Of a stretch of DNA of 59,827 nt, positions 1-8,576 are shown piece by piece. Under the pieces are notes generated by a model, which saw only the letters and a program-made list of their open reading frames with translations, did no database searches and was not told the origin of the DNA. The position numbers were made by a program, and so were the translations under genes. Position 1 is the stretch's first letter. Each line of letters begins with the position of its first letter. This stretch comes from an uncultured bacterium (lineage in GTDB: Bacteria > Hydrothermota > UBA3072 > B12-G15), in contig CAZQRW010000004.1 of NCBI GenBank assembly GCA_964596115.1, positions 4,500 to 64,326 on the forward strand, written 5' to 3'.

Positions 1-797
1 TTGTATTCTACACCTGATGAGAGAGAAACAACTCGTTTCATATTACTGTATGTGGATGAATATAGATTGGGCCATAACCCCAGGGACCAATGGTCATTTA
101 TGCTCTTAACAATATCCACAGATGCCCCATAACTCTTAGAAAAACTATTAATAGTTGTAGAATCATCCAACTTAAATTCATTGTTATAATAATAATGGTA
201 GACAGAAAAATGCGTTTTCCAATCCTCCGTTGTTCTATTTGCAGAGATAGAACCATTTATTGAATTGAATTTTGTGGATTGTTCCCCACTTAGAAAGCTA
301 TTTATTCCCAAACTGAATACCCAATGGTTCCATCTATCTTTTACCTCTGTAGGTTTTTCCTTTTTTGAATAAAGAATGCTTATCTCTTTTGCCATAGGCG
401 TTTTTGCAACATATCGTATCAAACCAAGTTTCAGCACTTTTACCAGCCCTTTCCTTATAGTATCATACGTATCTAACTTTCCTGAGATGTATTTCAGCGT
501 GTCTTTCATACCAGCATAATTATGCTGCCCAATGTATGTGATGGTATATTCTATCCCACCACTTCCCGTCGTCTGTGTAGTTATTAAAATATAAACATCT
601 GCTACCTCTTTAAATCTTACATAATTAACGAAGGCGATCTCTTGTTTTATAAAATCCGTATCACACTCCCCACAATCAATATATACCCTTATGCCAGGCA
701 CACTTAAACTGTCAGGTTGGATGTTCGCATATAAAGAAAGGCCAAAGACAGCAAAAAAAATAAAAATCGTTGAAGTCGCTGCAATTCTTCTTTTCAC
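1..797 (-). CDS. Secreted/outer-membrane protein, 3'-truncated by the window edge (absent from the ORF track)
   Basis: Manual translation from GTG at 797, preceded by GGAGG: signal peptide (KRRIAATSTIFIFFAVFGLSLYA), then VYIDCGECDTDFIKQEIAFVNYVR and DRWNHWVFSLGINSFLSGE...SANRTTEDWK with alternating beta-strand pattern. The frame is open to base 1. Confidence 0.85.
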   Translation of the reverse strand, partial: MKRRIAATSTIFIFFAVFGLSLYANIQPDSLSVPGIRVYIDCGECDTDFIKQEIAFVNYVRFKEVADVYILITTQTTGSGGIEYTITYIGQHNYAGMKDTLKYISGKLDTYDTIRKGLVKVLKLGLIRYVAKTPMAKEISILYSKKEKPTEVKDRWNHWVFSLGINSFLSGEQSTKFNSINGSISANRTTEDWKTHFSVYHYYYNNEFKLDDSTTINSFSKSYGASVDIVKSINDHWSLGLWPNLYSSTYSNMKRVVSLSSGVEY

Positions 798-902
798 TTC
801 CCACCTCCATATCATAAGATTTTCAATTAGAGAAATAATTGGGCTTTTAATTATCCGCAAACATAAAGGAATGTGTAAATAATTATCAATTTTTATATTC
901 AT

Positions 903-924
903 CTGTATTACCTTTTTAATACAG
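903..924. promoter_or_regulatory. Perfect inverted repeat CTGTATTA-N6-TAATACAG over the predicted +1; candidate operator
   Basis: 8-bp perfect arms, overlapping the -10 hexamer at 923-928. Confidence 0.5.
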
Positions 925-950
925 TATAACAATTTTGAAAAATTTGTCAA
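923..950 (-). promoter_or_regulatory. Sigma70-type promoter TTGACA-N16-TATACT
   Basis: Hexamers read directly, upstream of the gene starting at 797. Confidence 0.65.
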
Positions 951-1032
951 GCTAAAATTACCTCCAATATTCTTTATAAGTGGGAATTAACCGATAGAAT
1001 CTTTATAAATTGAAAATTAAAAACAGCCTCCT

Positions 1033-1431
1033 TTAATAAATATAAAATCCCCCAAAATTCAGGGAGGGGGCATAGGGGATTTTTGCATGTTTTAGCATAA
1101 ATATTGTTTCTGCCTCAAAAAATCCCCCATACTTGTTCTTCCTGTACATTATCCCTCCGCCTGTATGTAGTGTTGGGATTGTTCTCTTTGCAGCATTCAT
1201 AAACCCAACGCCAAATATAAAATATGGGGACATATCCTTTTCCGTAATAAATTTGTATAAAATTCTTCCCCTTGTAAAGATAACCCCTTTTGCAGGGATA
1301 ATAGTGAATTCCCCTTCAATTTGATTGGACTGATTTAACTCATATGTTACTGTTATGGCTGGAATAACTGCGCCTGGTAAAGATATCCTCAATCCGAAAT
1401 TCCATGCATTCAAAATCAACAAAATATACAT
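1033..1431 (-). CDS. Small hypothetical protein, probable outer-membrane beta-barrel
   Basis: GGAGG SD; short hydrophobic N-terminus; beta-strand-like segments; aromatic C-terminus (GGFYIY). Confidence 0.65.
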   Translation of the reverse strand: MYILLILNAWNFGLRISLPGAVIPAITVTYELNQSNQIEGEFTIIPAKGVIFTRGRILYKFITEKDMSPYFIFGVGFMNAAKRTIPTLHTGGGIMYRKNKYGGFFEAETIFMLKHAKIPYAPSLNFGGFYIY

Positions 1432-1432
1432 A

Positions 1433-2077
1433 TTAACCTCCTTCTCTTTTTAGAAAGACGATAGCTGCATAATACAGCGGAATAGGGAGAATGAATAACA
1501 TTAGTAAAAGAAGTAACGGTGTCTTCCACGCCCTAAGGAAAAAAGCAACAAGGAATGTTGCATAGAGAAAACAGAGTACAGAGGCGGTCTTTTTAAATCT
1601 ATACGATAGAATGGCAGGAATGAAAAACCCAATACCTATAGAGGACTGAATAAACCCTCCAGCGGTAAAACCATTTTCAAGCATTGCAAATAGAATCCAC
1701 CATATACCAAATACATAGAGTATTACTCTTCCAGACCGGGCGAGGTTCAGCCTTTGAACAAGAAGAAACATTGAGTAGATTACTATTGGAAAAATAACCA
1801 GAAGATAGTAGATGGCGTCAGGATTTGTCTTTGTTGTAATCGCCTGCTGGATAAAAAGGATGATAAACAGAAATATAGATATCTGAAATGTTAGGTATCC
1901 TGCCCTGTATCTGATATACTTTTCCCTCTCATCTGCCATTCTGGACTCTGTATAGAAGAGATGGAGAGGAAAGTACAAAAACATAAGCATCATAAAATAG
2001 GGCGAAAAAACAATACTGAGAATTAGTGTAACGATAACGAGAATAATGATACCGAATAAAAAAGAAACCTTCTTCAT
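1433..2077 (-). CDS. Multi-pass membrane protein with DUF2178-like N-terminal part
   Basis: DEREKYIRYRAGYLTF motif; many hydrophobic segments; ATGA overlap with the HTH gene. Confidence 0.75.
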   Translation of the reverse strand: MKKVSFLFGIIILVIVTLILSIVFSPYFMMLMFLYFPLHLFYTESRMADEREKYIRYRAGYLTFQISIFLFIILFIQQAITTKTNPDAIYYLLVIFPIVIYSMFLLVQRLNLARSGRVILYVFGIWWILFAMLENGFTAGGFIQSSIGIGFFIPAILSYRFKKTASVLCFLYATFLVAFFLRAWKTPLLLLLMLFILPIPLYYAAIVFLKREGG

Positions 2078-2277
2078 TTTTCCTCCCTTAGGTAGAATAT
2101 TTCATCTACCCTTGTATTGAAGATTTTCGCAATCTTTAATGCAAGTTCCACAGATGGATTATAACTCCCCTTTTCAATGGCAATAATCGTCTGACGAGAA
2201 ACACCAACTTTCTTTGCAAGTTTATCCTGTGTCATATCAAATTTTGCCCTCCACACCTTCAAATTATTATTGACCAT
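2074..2277 (-). CDS. XRE/Cro-C1 family helix-turn-helix regulator
   Basis: MTQDKLAKKVGVSRQTIIAIEKGSYNPSVELALKIAKIF is a typical HTH_3 signature. Confidence 0.93.
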   Translation of the reverse strand: MVNNNLKVWRAKFDMTQDKLAKKVGVSRQTIIAIEKGSYNPSVELALKIAKIFNTRVDEIFYLREEK

Positions 2278-2283
2278 ACATAT

Positions 2284-2311
2284 ATTATATACAAAATTTC
2301 TAATTTGTCAA
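2284..2311 (-). promoter_or_regulatory. Promoter TTGACA-N16-TATAAT, 6 nt before the ATG (leaderless)
   Basis: Consensus hexamers; no SD before the ATG at 2277. Confidence 0.75.
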
Positions 2312-2343
2312 GCCTACTTTACTTTTTGTAAAGTTTTAATTAC
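2307..2343. promoter_or_regulatory. Tandem candidate XRE operators GTCAAG-N4-CTTTAC and GTAAAG-N4-AATTAC
   Basis: Two imperfect palindromes offset by 21 bp; the first overlaps the -35. Confidence 0.5.
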
Positions 2344-2504
2344 TTCATATTACGGCCTTATTAAGACAAGGTAGAGGCAAAGATAAAGAAACAGACAAGA
2401 TAAAGGTAGAGAAAGGAGAACAACGTAAACGATAGGATATAGGGGATAGGGAAATAGATGCACTTGCCTTTAAGAAAAATTTGCTAGATAAAATCTATAA
2501 ATAA

Positions 2505-2532
2505 TTGACATTTATTCTTGCTATGATAGACT
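2505..2532 (+). promoter_or_regulatory. Promoter TTGACA-N16-TAGACT with TG extension, 6 nt before the tsaC ATG (leaderless)
   Basis: Hexamers read directly; no SD. Confidence 0.7.
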
Positions 2533-2538
2533 TATTTT

Positions 2539-3108
2539 ATGCAAAAAAATCCTGTTCAACTTTTGAAAAAAGGAAGGGTTATCGGTTTCCCTACAGATAC
2601 CGTTTATGGTATGGGATGTATATTATCCGAAGAATGTGTAAAAAAACTGGTTAAATTGAAAGGGAAAAGAGCAAAGCCCTTTGCAATATTTCTTTCTTCT
2701 CCAGATAAGGTCAATATATATGTTACTGAAATAAAGCCTTATGTAAAAAATTTGATGAATTGTTTCTGGCCAGGTCCGCTAACCCTTGTATTTTACGGGA
2801 ATCCATTGCTGCCTGAAGGAGTCCTTTCAGAAGAAAAAAAGGTTGGAATAAGAATTCCCAATAATAAAAAAATCCAGGAATGGCTTAAAGACATAGAAAA
2901 ACCATTAATTCAGACAAGTGCAAATAAATCAGGGAAACCTTCGCCTTTGTCAGATATCGATGTAAAGATAAAACTTGACTACCTTGTTCCTGGAAAATCA
3001 TCCCTGGGGGAACCCTCCACTGTCCTGGATGTAACGGGTAGCATTCCTATAATTCTAAGGGAAGGAACTATAAAAGAACAAGAAATATTAAAATGTTTGG
3101 AGGAATAA
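2539..3108 (+). CDS. tsaC: L-threonylcarbamoyladenylate synthase (YrdC domain only)
   Basis: FPTDTVYG, FWPGPLT, VGIRIP and TSANKSG motifs. Confidence 0.93.
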   Translation: MQKNPVQLLKKGRVIGFPTDTVYGMGCILSEECVKKLVKLKGKRAKPFAIFLSSPDKVNIYVTEIKPYVKNLMNCFWPGPLTLVFYGNPLLPEGVLSEEKKVGIRIPNNKKIQEWLKDIEKPLIQTSANKSGKPSPLSDIDVKIKLDYLVPGKSSLGEPSTVLDVTGSIPIILREGTIKEQEILKCLEE

Positions 3109-4211
3109 TGAAAAAAATTATCTTACTTGGAGGTGGAAGACAGGGAAGAACTGCTGCAGAGTTCTTAAAAAAGAGGGGCGTTGATGTTACAATTGCAGAT
3201 ATCAACGAAAGCAACCTATCCCTGACAAAAAAATTGGGCTATAAAATAAAAAGGGTTGATCTCTCGAAGAAAGAAAACATTAAAAAAATTTCAAAGGATT
3301 ACGACCTGGTAATATCTGCCCTCCCTGCCTCTCTGGGAAGAGTTGCAGAAATTTCGACTATCGAGGCAGGAAAAAATCTTGTCGACCTCTCGTATCTTCC
3401 TGAAGATCCGTTTGAGCTAAACTCCCTCGCTACTAAAATGGGTGTTACGTTAATACCAGATGCAGGTGTCGCACCAGGAATAAGCAATTTTATTATCGGA
3501 CATCTTTCTTCCTACTTTGATAAAATGGATAACCTGAAAATATTTGTTGGTGGAATACCTGAGAAGAATATACCTCCCCTTGGATATACACTGACCTGGT
3601 CACCAATAGATCTTGTTGAAGAGTACACAAGGCCTGCAAGAATAAAGAGGGATAGTAAAATTATTGCTGTCCCTGCACTCTCAGGTGTAGAAGAAATTCA
3701 ATGGAAAGGTATTGATAGGCTGGAGGCATTCTATACAGATGGATTAAGAACATTGTTAACAACAATGAAAGATATCAAGGATATGGAAGAAAAAACAATC
3801 AGGTATAAGGGCCATGCAGAGAAGATGAAATTTCTCATTGAAATGGGCTATTTTAAAGACAACTGTAATGGTCTCTCTCCTCTAAATGTGTCTCTCTGCC
3901 TTTTTAAAAAAATCTCATCAAAGCTTGAAAATTTGAAGGATTTGCTCCTCCTTAGGATAATTGTAGGAGGCATCAAATCCGGGAAAAAAGTAGAAATCGT
4001 TTATGAATTATTTGATAGAGGTAATAACAAACATACTGCAATGGAGAGAACTACAGGATTTGGATGTGGTATGCTTTCATATCTATTAATAACTGGCCGA
4101 ATAAAACAGAAGGGGGTTATCCCTCCAGAAAAAATAGGAAGGGATGACACAATTTTCAAGGATGGAATTGAGTTATTATCCGAGGAAGGGATAAAAATAA
4201 CGAGGGTTTGA
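3108..4211 (+). CDS. Saccharopine dehydrogenase / lysine 6-dehydrogenase family protein
   Basis: Rossmann GGGRQG; DAGVAPGISN; TWSPIDLVEEY; EKTIRYKGH. Start moved to 3108 (GGAGG SD, TAATG overlap with tsaC). Confidence 0.85.
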   Translation: MKKIILLGGGRQGRTAAEFLKKRGVDVTIADINESNLSLTKKLGYKIKRVDLSKKENIKKISKDYDLVISALPASLGRVAEISTIEAGKNLVDLSYLPEDPFELNSLATKMGVTLIPDAGVAPGISNFIIGHLSSYFDKMDNLKIFVGGIPEKNIPPLGYTLTWSPIDLVEEYTRPARIKRDSKIIAVPALSGVEEIQWKGIDRLEAFYTDGLRTLLTTMKDIKDMEEKTIRYKGHAEKMKFLIEMGYFKDNCNGLSPLNVSLCLFKKISSKLENLKDLLLLRIIVGGIKSGKKVEIVYELFDRGNNKHTAMERTTGFGCGMLSYLLITGRIKQKGVIPPEKIGRDDTIFKDGIELLSEEGIKITRV

Positions 4212-4318
4212 AATTTTAATTATTTTTATACTTTTTTCCGATGGCTTTTTAATACTTCAAATTAAACCTACGAAAACAGCCCTTAGATATAATGATTTAG
4301 ATTACTGAACAAAATCCC

Positions 4319-4346
4319 TTGACATAATTTTTTTCAGAAATACACT
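4319..4346 (+). promoter_or_regulatory. Promoter TTGACA-N16-TACACT
   Basis: Hexamers upstream of the antiporter pseudogene. Confidence 0.55.
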
Positions 4347-4500
4347 CACAATGACAATATAATTAAATTAAATGTAAGGCTGACGGATCAATTTCCAATT
4401 AATATTGAATAAGTGGGGGAAGCTCCACTATTTTTAGAACGTAGTGAACAAAATAGGGAATGAAGAGAGGTAAGAATGTTAATTTTAAGTTTAAGCTAAA

Positions 4501-5522
4501 ATGGATAATATCTATGTCCTTGTTGCTTTATTACTTCTTTTAGGACTTTTCCTCGGTAAATTATTGCGAAAGGTAGGTTTAACAGAGATACTTGCATATA
4601 TCTTTGCTGGTATTACAATAGGGCCTATTTTGAAATTCAAACCACCCAATCAATTTTATCCTATTATTACTGCAATTACACTTGCGTTTGTTGGTTATAT
4701 GGTAGGCCTGAGTTTTCCTTTTGCCTTCCTTAAGAAAATGGGGAAGAAAATCTTTATTATATTAATAGTAGAAGTAATTGTCACCTCCATTTCTGTATGA
4801 TTATTTACATACTTATTTACGAAGAACATGCCGTTATCCATAATTTTGGCCTCTCTTGCCCCTGCCACTGCTCCAGCAGGAACAATAGCCGTTTTAAGGG
4901 ATCTCAGGGCAAAAGGAAGGCTCACCGAGGTGTCTATTGCTATAGTTGGTCTCGATGACGCTGCAGCAATTTTCATCTATCACCTGACCACACATTTGTA
5001 GTAGGTATTCCCATAGCCATTCTCAGTTGGGGAGCTGCTGATTTACTTGGCGTATCTAATATCCTTACTTGCATGGCATTGGGAACAGTGATGATTAATT
5101 TTAACAGACCTGTGGGGATTCGCTCTTCGCGACTGTTAGATAGCATTATGACCCCTGTATTTATTCTGTTTTTCTCTGCTATTGGTATGGGGATAAATTT
5201 TTCGCAATTTATGTCCGGGTGGTTAATTGCTATTACATATTGCGTTGGCAGAAGCCTTGGCAAGGTAATCGGTTGTAGCCTGGGTAGTATCCTCTCAAAA
5301 TCTGAATCGAAAATTACAAAATACCTTGGAATTGCATTACTCAATCAGGCTGGTGTCGCTGTAGAGCTTGCATTCCTTGCAGCACAAGAATTAGCAAAGT
5401 ATAATATAGGTAGTTTTATAATCACTTTAATGGCAACTACTACCGCATTCTTCCAATTGGTCTCTCCCCTGGATCAATTTGCTATCAAAAAAGCAGGTGA
5501 GGCAAGAGAGACTCTTGGTTAA
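4501..5522 (+). pseudogene. Cation:proton antiporter (CPA2/NapA-like) pseudogene
   Basis: In-frame TGA at 4798-4800, after which the frame continues (LAPATAPAGTIAVL...GLDDAAA). Frame switch near 4980 into TFVVGIPIAILSWG...NQAGVA...KKAGEA. Total length is short for the family. Confidence 0.88.
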
Positions 5523-5532
5523 CTCTCATAAT

Positions 5533-5555
5533 AAAAAGAGGGCAAAATGCCCCCC
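5533..5555 (-). terminator. Intrinsic terminator of the envelope operon
   Basis: Minus strand GGGGGCA-TTT-TGCCCTC followed by TTTTT, just after the stop at 5559. Confidence 0.75.
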
Positions 5556-5558
5556 AGA

Positions 5559-6737
5559 TTAAAAATGCCATATTGTTGAAAAGATAGCATTTATTTTTGT
5601 ATCTGTTCCTTGATCATAAGCTGTTGCCCATGTTTCTTTGGAAAATCCATACATAAGTGAGAAATCAAAAGAAAAATTCCCAATGATAAGCCCTGTGCCA
5701 CCAGTGAACATCTTACCAATAACCTGATTACCTGTTAAATCTTCGTAGGTTTTTGGATCGGTCATAAATCCTGCCCTTAGCGGAATTACCATCACTCCAA
5801 GAGGAAGCATGTACTCAAGACCAAATCTCAATTGATTACAGTTATGATAATAATCCGGATATGTAACTCCATTTATTTCCATCTTTGAATATGGTCTGAA
5901 TTCATAATCAAAGGCAACCGTCAGGTTGTTGCCAAGTTGTGCAGATATACCAAAGCCTATCATCATAGGAAATTTTGTTGTATCCCCCTTAAGTGTATAT
6001 GATGTATCACCCATTGTATATACTCCAGTTCCACTCCATTTATCATTTACTTCTACATTCTCTTTGATTGTAACAGGCAATCTGAGGATAGCACCAGCCT
6101 TAAGATCTGTACCCGCCACAATCAGAGCCCCAAGGTTAAGTCCAAAGGCACTTGGTTTGTTCATCTCTGAATATGTTCCTATGAGTGACCCCCCAGAGTA
6201 AGAGAAGTTATAATCCCACTTATATACAGGACCTTTCATCCAGATATCAAAGCTTCCACCTGCATAGAGTGGGCCAACATTTAAAGCAATGGCAGGAGAA
6301 ATTGCCCCATAAGCCCCAGAGGTAACCCTTGAATATATATATGTAGTATCAGCTGAATAAATAGTATCAGATGATTCATAGTATGGCTCAAGCAGAGATC
6401 TATAGGCAACTGCCATAACAAAATTTGCATTACTGATACCTATTGGAAACACAAAAGAACCAAAATCAATGGAAAAATGTGAATTAGAATAATTAGAATA
6501 ATCTGAACTCCAGTCTTCAAATTTAAAACCTGACGAAAAAGAGACCTCTGGTTTTATTAATTGTCCCAACCCTGCTGGATTCCAACCTATAGATGTAGCA
6601 TCATCTGCGAGTCCAATGAATGCACCGCCCATTCCCAGTGCCCTCGCACCCGAACCCATTAGATTGAAATCTTTCTCCTGAGAAAATAGCAAAAGCGAAA
6701 CTATGACAAATAATGCGACTGCCCTCTTGTTTTCCAT
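5559..6737 (-). CDS. Outer-membrane beta-barrel of FadL/OmpP1/PorV (UPF0164)-like type
   Basis: Signal peptide; GSGARALGMGGAFIGLADDATSIGWNPAGL; terminal WHF. Confidence 0.88.
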   Translation of the reverse strand: MENKRAVALFVIVSLLLFSQEKDFNLMGSGARALGMGGAFIGLADDATSIGWNPAGLGQLIKPEVSFSSGFKFEDWSSDYSNYSNSHFSIDFGSFVFPIGISNANFVMAVAYRSLLEPYYESSDTIYSADTTYIYSRVTSGAYGAISPAIALNVGPLYAGGSFDIWMKGPVYKWDYNFSYSGGSLIGTYSEMNKPSAFGLNLGALIVAGTDLKAGAILRLPVTIKENVEVNDKWSGTGVYTMGDTSYTLKGDTTKFPMMIGFGISAQLGNNLTVAFDYEFRPYSKMEINGVTYPDYYHNCNQLRFGLEYMLPLGVMVIPLRAGFMTDPKTYEDLTGNQVIGKMFTGGTGLIIGNFSFDFSLMYGFSKETWATAYDQGTDTKINAIFSTIWHF

Positions 6738-6746
6738 ATACCCTCC

Positions 6747-7838
6747 TTATTTTGTGATTACCTTGTCGCCCACCTGTGGAACTTCATCAGAATAAAATTT
6801 TATGATATGACAACTCGCCATCTTCCTCTGTACAGAGCTTACAACAGCTTCACAAACCTGCACAATCTTCCTTCCCAACACCTCTCCGCTTAACGGGTTT
6901 TTTATCTCATTGCCCTCTCTGTAGATAACCATCTTCAAACCCCTTTTTATGCCCTTCTCACTCCCGATATCAATATAAACTGTTGAATCCTCTACCTGAA
7001 CTACAAAACCATGTAGTATTGGAACATCATTAACGATCTGTTTTGCAATATTATCCACCATTGATTTTACACTTCCAATATCGGTCCTATATATATAGGC
7101 ATCTTTGGATGTAATAATGCTTGCAGTTTCTGTATCTATTAATCTTGCATCCAGACTAATGCCACTACCTGTGGAAGATACACTCCCTACAATAATAGCA
7201 TCAAGGCCTATACCTTTACCCACACGGGCAGCAGTAGCAGCATCAACAACACCCGAAAGCTCCAAATTCTGCTCCTTTAGGACCTTGTCGAGTTCTGCCC
7301 TCTCCATTACCTCAAATCTACCCATATTTACAAGGGAGGTAATCATCTTATCAAGAATAATATCACCAATATCTCTATTAAGTCCCTTTGTTCTGAAAGG
7401 AAGTACCGCAACTTTGAGATTTTCAGTAACCTCTTCTTTGGCACTATATTTTTCCTCTTGTTTAACTGGGGTCTGCTTTTGGGGCTTCACACCTGCAGCC
7501 CTAAGTGCAGAAGAAAGGTATTCTACAGCTCTCTTTGAAGCCTTTTGAGCGATCGATATTTTTAATTCCCTCATCGCCTCATGATATTTCTTCAAAAAGT
7601 AATAACATACACCTATCTCTCTATGGGGAAAGTAATCAATAAAATGAGTACCATATGTTCTTATCCTACCTGCGTCTTTGGATTTAATTGCCAATGCCTT
7701 TTTGAAAAAATAAATTGCCTCTTCCCACTTGCCAGTACTTTCCAACCTTAACCCCTTCTCATATAATTCAAACCATTTATTACCTGCGAAGAGGCTCGAA
7801 GAAAACATTATGAACAGAATTATTATAAACCTTTTCAC
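6747..7838 (-). CDS. Secreted TPR + CsgG/HfaB-like + FlgT C-terminal domain protein
   Basis: Signal peptide; TPR helices; VAVLPF...RFEVMERAELDKVLKEQ...AARVGK (CsgG-like); VYIDIGSEKGIKRG...IKNPLSGEVLG (FlgT-C-like); GTG start overlapping the FecR stop. Confidence 0.85.
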   Translation of the reverse strand: MKRFIIILFIMFSSSLFAGNKWFELYEKGLRLESTGKWEEAIYFFKKALAIKSKDAGRIRTYGTHFIDYFPHREIGVCYYFLKKYHEAMRELKISIAQKASKRAVEYLSSALRAAGVKPQKQTPVKQEEKYSAKEEVTENLKVAVLPFRTKGLNRDIGDIILDKMITSLVNMGRFEVMERAELDKVLKEQNLELSGVVDAATAARVGKGIGLDAIIVGSVSSTGSGISLDARLIDTETASIITSKDAYIYRTDIGSVKSMVDNIAKQIVNDVPILHGFVVQVEDSTVYIDIGSEKGIKRGLKMVIYREGNEIKNPLSGEVLGRKIVQVCEAVVSSVQRKMASCHIIKFYSDEVPQVGDKVITK

Positions 7839-8575
7839 TTTTTACCTTCCATCTGCTTATCTCTTTCCATATTCCATTTAACCCATGGATCTTGAGAATC
7901 CTTCTTCATATTAAACGTAGACACCCTATATTCCCCATCCTTACCTACCCACAATTCTTGTTGCGCCTTAACAATTACAAACCACTCCTTTAAGCTTACC
8001 TCATGCGGACCTTTAACTGGGTGTGGGCCTGGAATCTTATGGGGTTTTTCCACTTTGCCATGTTCCTCAATCCTTGCCTTTAGGGGTTCATTTGATACAG
8101 CTACAGTTCCACTGTAAACCCTCAATCGCGTAGTGGAATCAGGAAGAAAGTCCATTCTATAGGTTGTACCCCTAACACCAGCAACTACTATAGGATTCTT
8201 TATCTTGAACTCAGACCTTCTGCGTAGCTTTTTTACCTTCGCCCATAACCTCCCCATAAACATCTTTATTTTGAATTTAATTATTGGGTCACCGATCGCA
8301 TCAAGCCCCTCTATCTGTAAATAAGAATTTTCAGCAATCCTTAACTGGCTCCCATCAACAATGGATAGCTCAGCCTTGGAATCAAACCCTGTTTTTAACC
8401 ACTCTCCTTCTGTTACAGCTTCATCAAGAAATGGTTTCTCCCATTTCTCACCTGGGGGAACTTTTTTATCAACATCCCCATAGAAATACGAAATCGTGCA
8501 AACAGGTGCTTTCGCCGTTGATTGGGAAAATGCAAAAATAGGCAATAGACATAACATTAGGATAAAATCCCTCAT
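7835..8575 (-). CDS. Secreted FecR-domain protein
   Basis: Signal peptide; LKTGFDSKAEL..DGSQLRIAENS; GRLWAKVKK; NPIVVAGVRGT; LRVYSGTVAV. Confidence 0.85.
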   Translation of the reverse strand: MRDFILMLCLLPIFAFSQSTAKAPVCTISYFYGDVDKKVPPGEKWEKPFLDEAVTEGEWLKTGFDSKAELSIVDGSQLRIAENSYLQIEGLDAIGDPIIKFKIKMFMGRLWAKVKKLRRRSEFKIKNPIVVAGVRGTTYRMDFLPDSTTRLRVYSGTVAVSNEPLKARIEEHGKVEKPHKIPGPHPVKGPHEVSLKEWFVIVKAQQELWVGKDGEYRVSTFNMKKDSQDPWVKWNMERDKQMEGKK

Positions 8576-8576
8576 A

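Noticed and set aside
933-950. Rex-like TTGACAA-ATTT-TTCAAAA
   Set aside because: Three mismatches; explained by the -35 hexamer in AT-rich DNA
4347-4500. Possible Na+/c-di-AMP/fluoride riboswitch in the long antiporter leader (hairpin AGTGGGG-GAAG-CTCCACT)
   Set aside because: I could not match the conserved cores of known riboswitch classes; an Rfam/Infernal search would be needed
4798-4800. TGA read-through (selenocysteine or alternative genetic code) in the antiporter
   Set aside because: TGA serves as a true stop in many genes here (e.g. ATGA overlaps). The position is in a TM helix where Trp is plausible, and the gene also has a frameshift, so decay explains it.
4695-5344. Minus-strand ORFs 4695..4976 and 4973..5344
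   Set aside because: Antisense shadows of the antiporter pseudogene, with no SD or recognisable motifs
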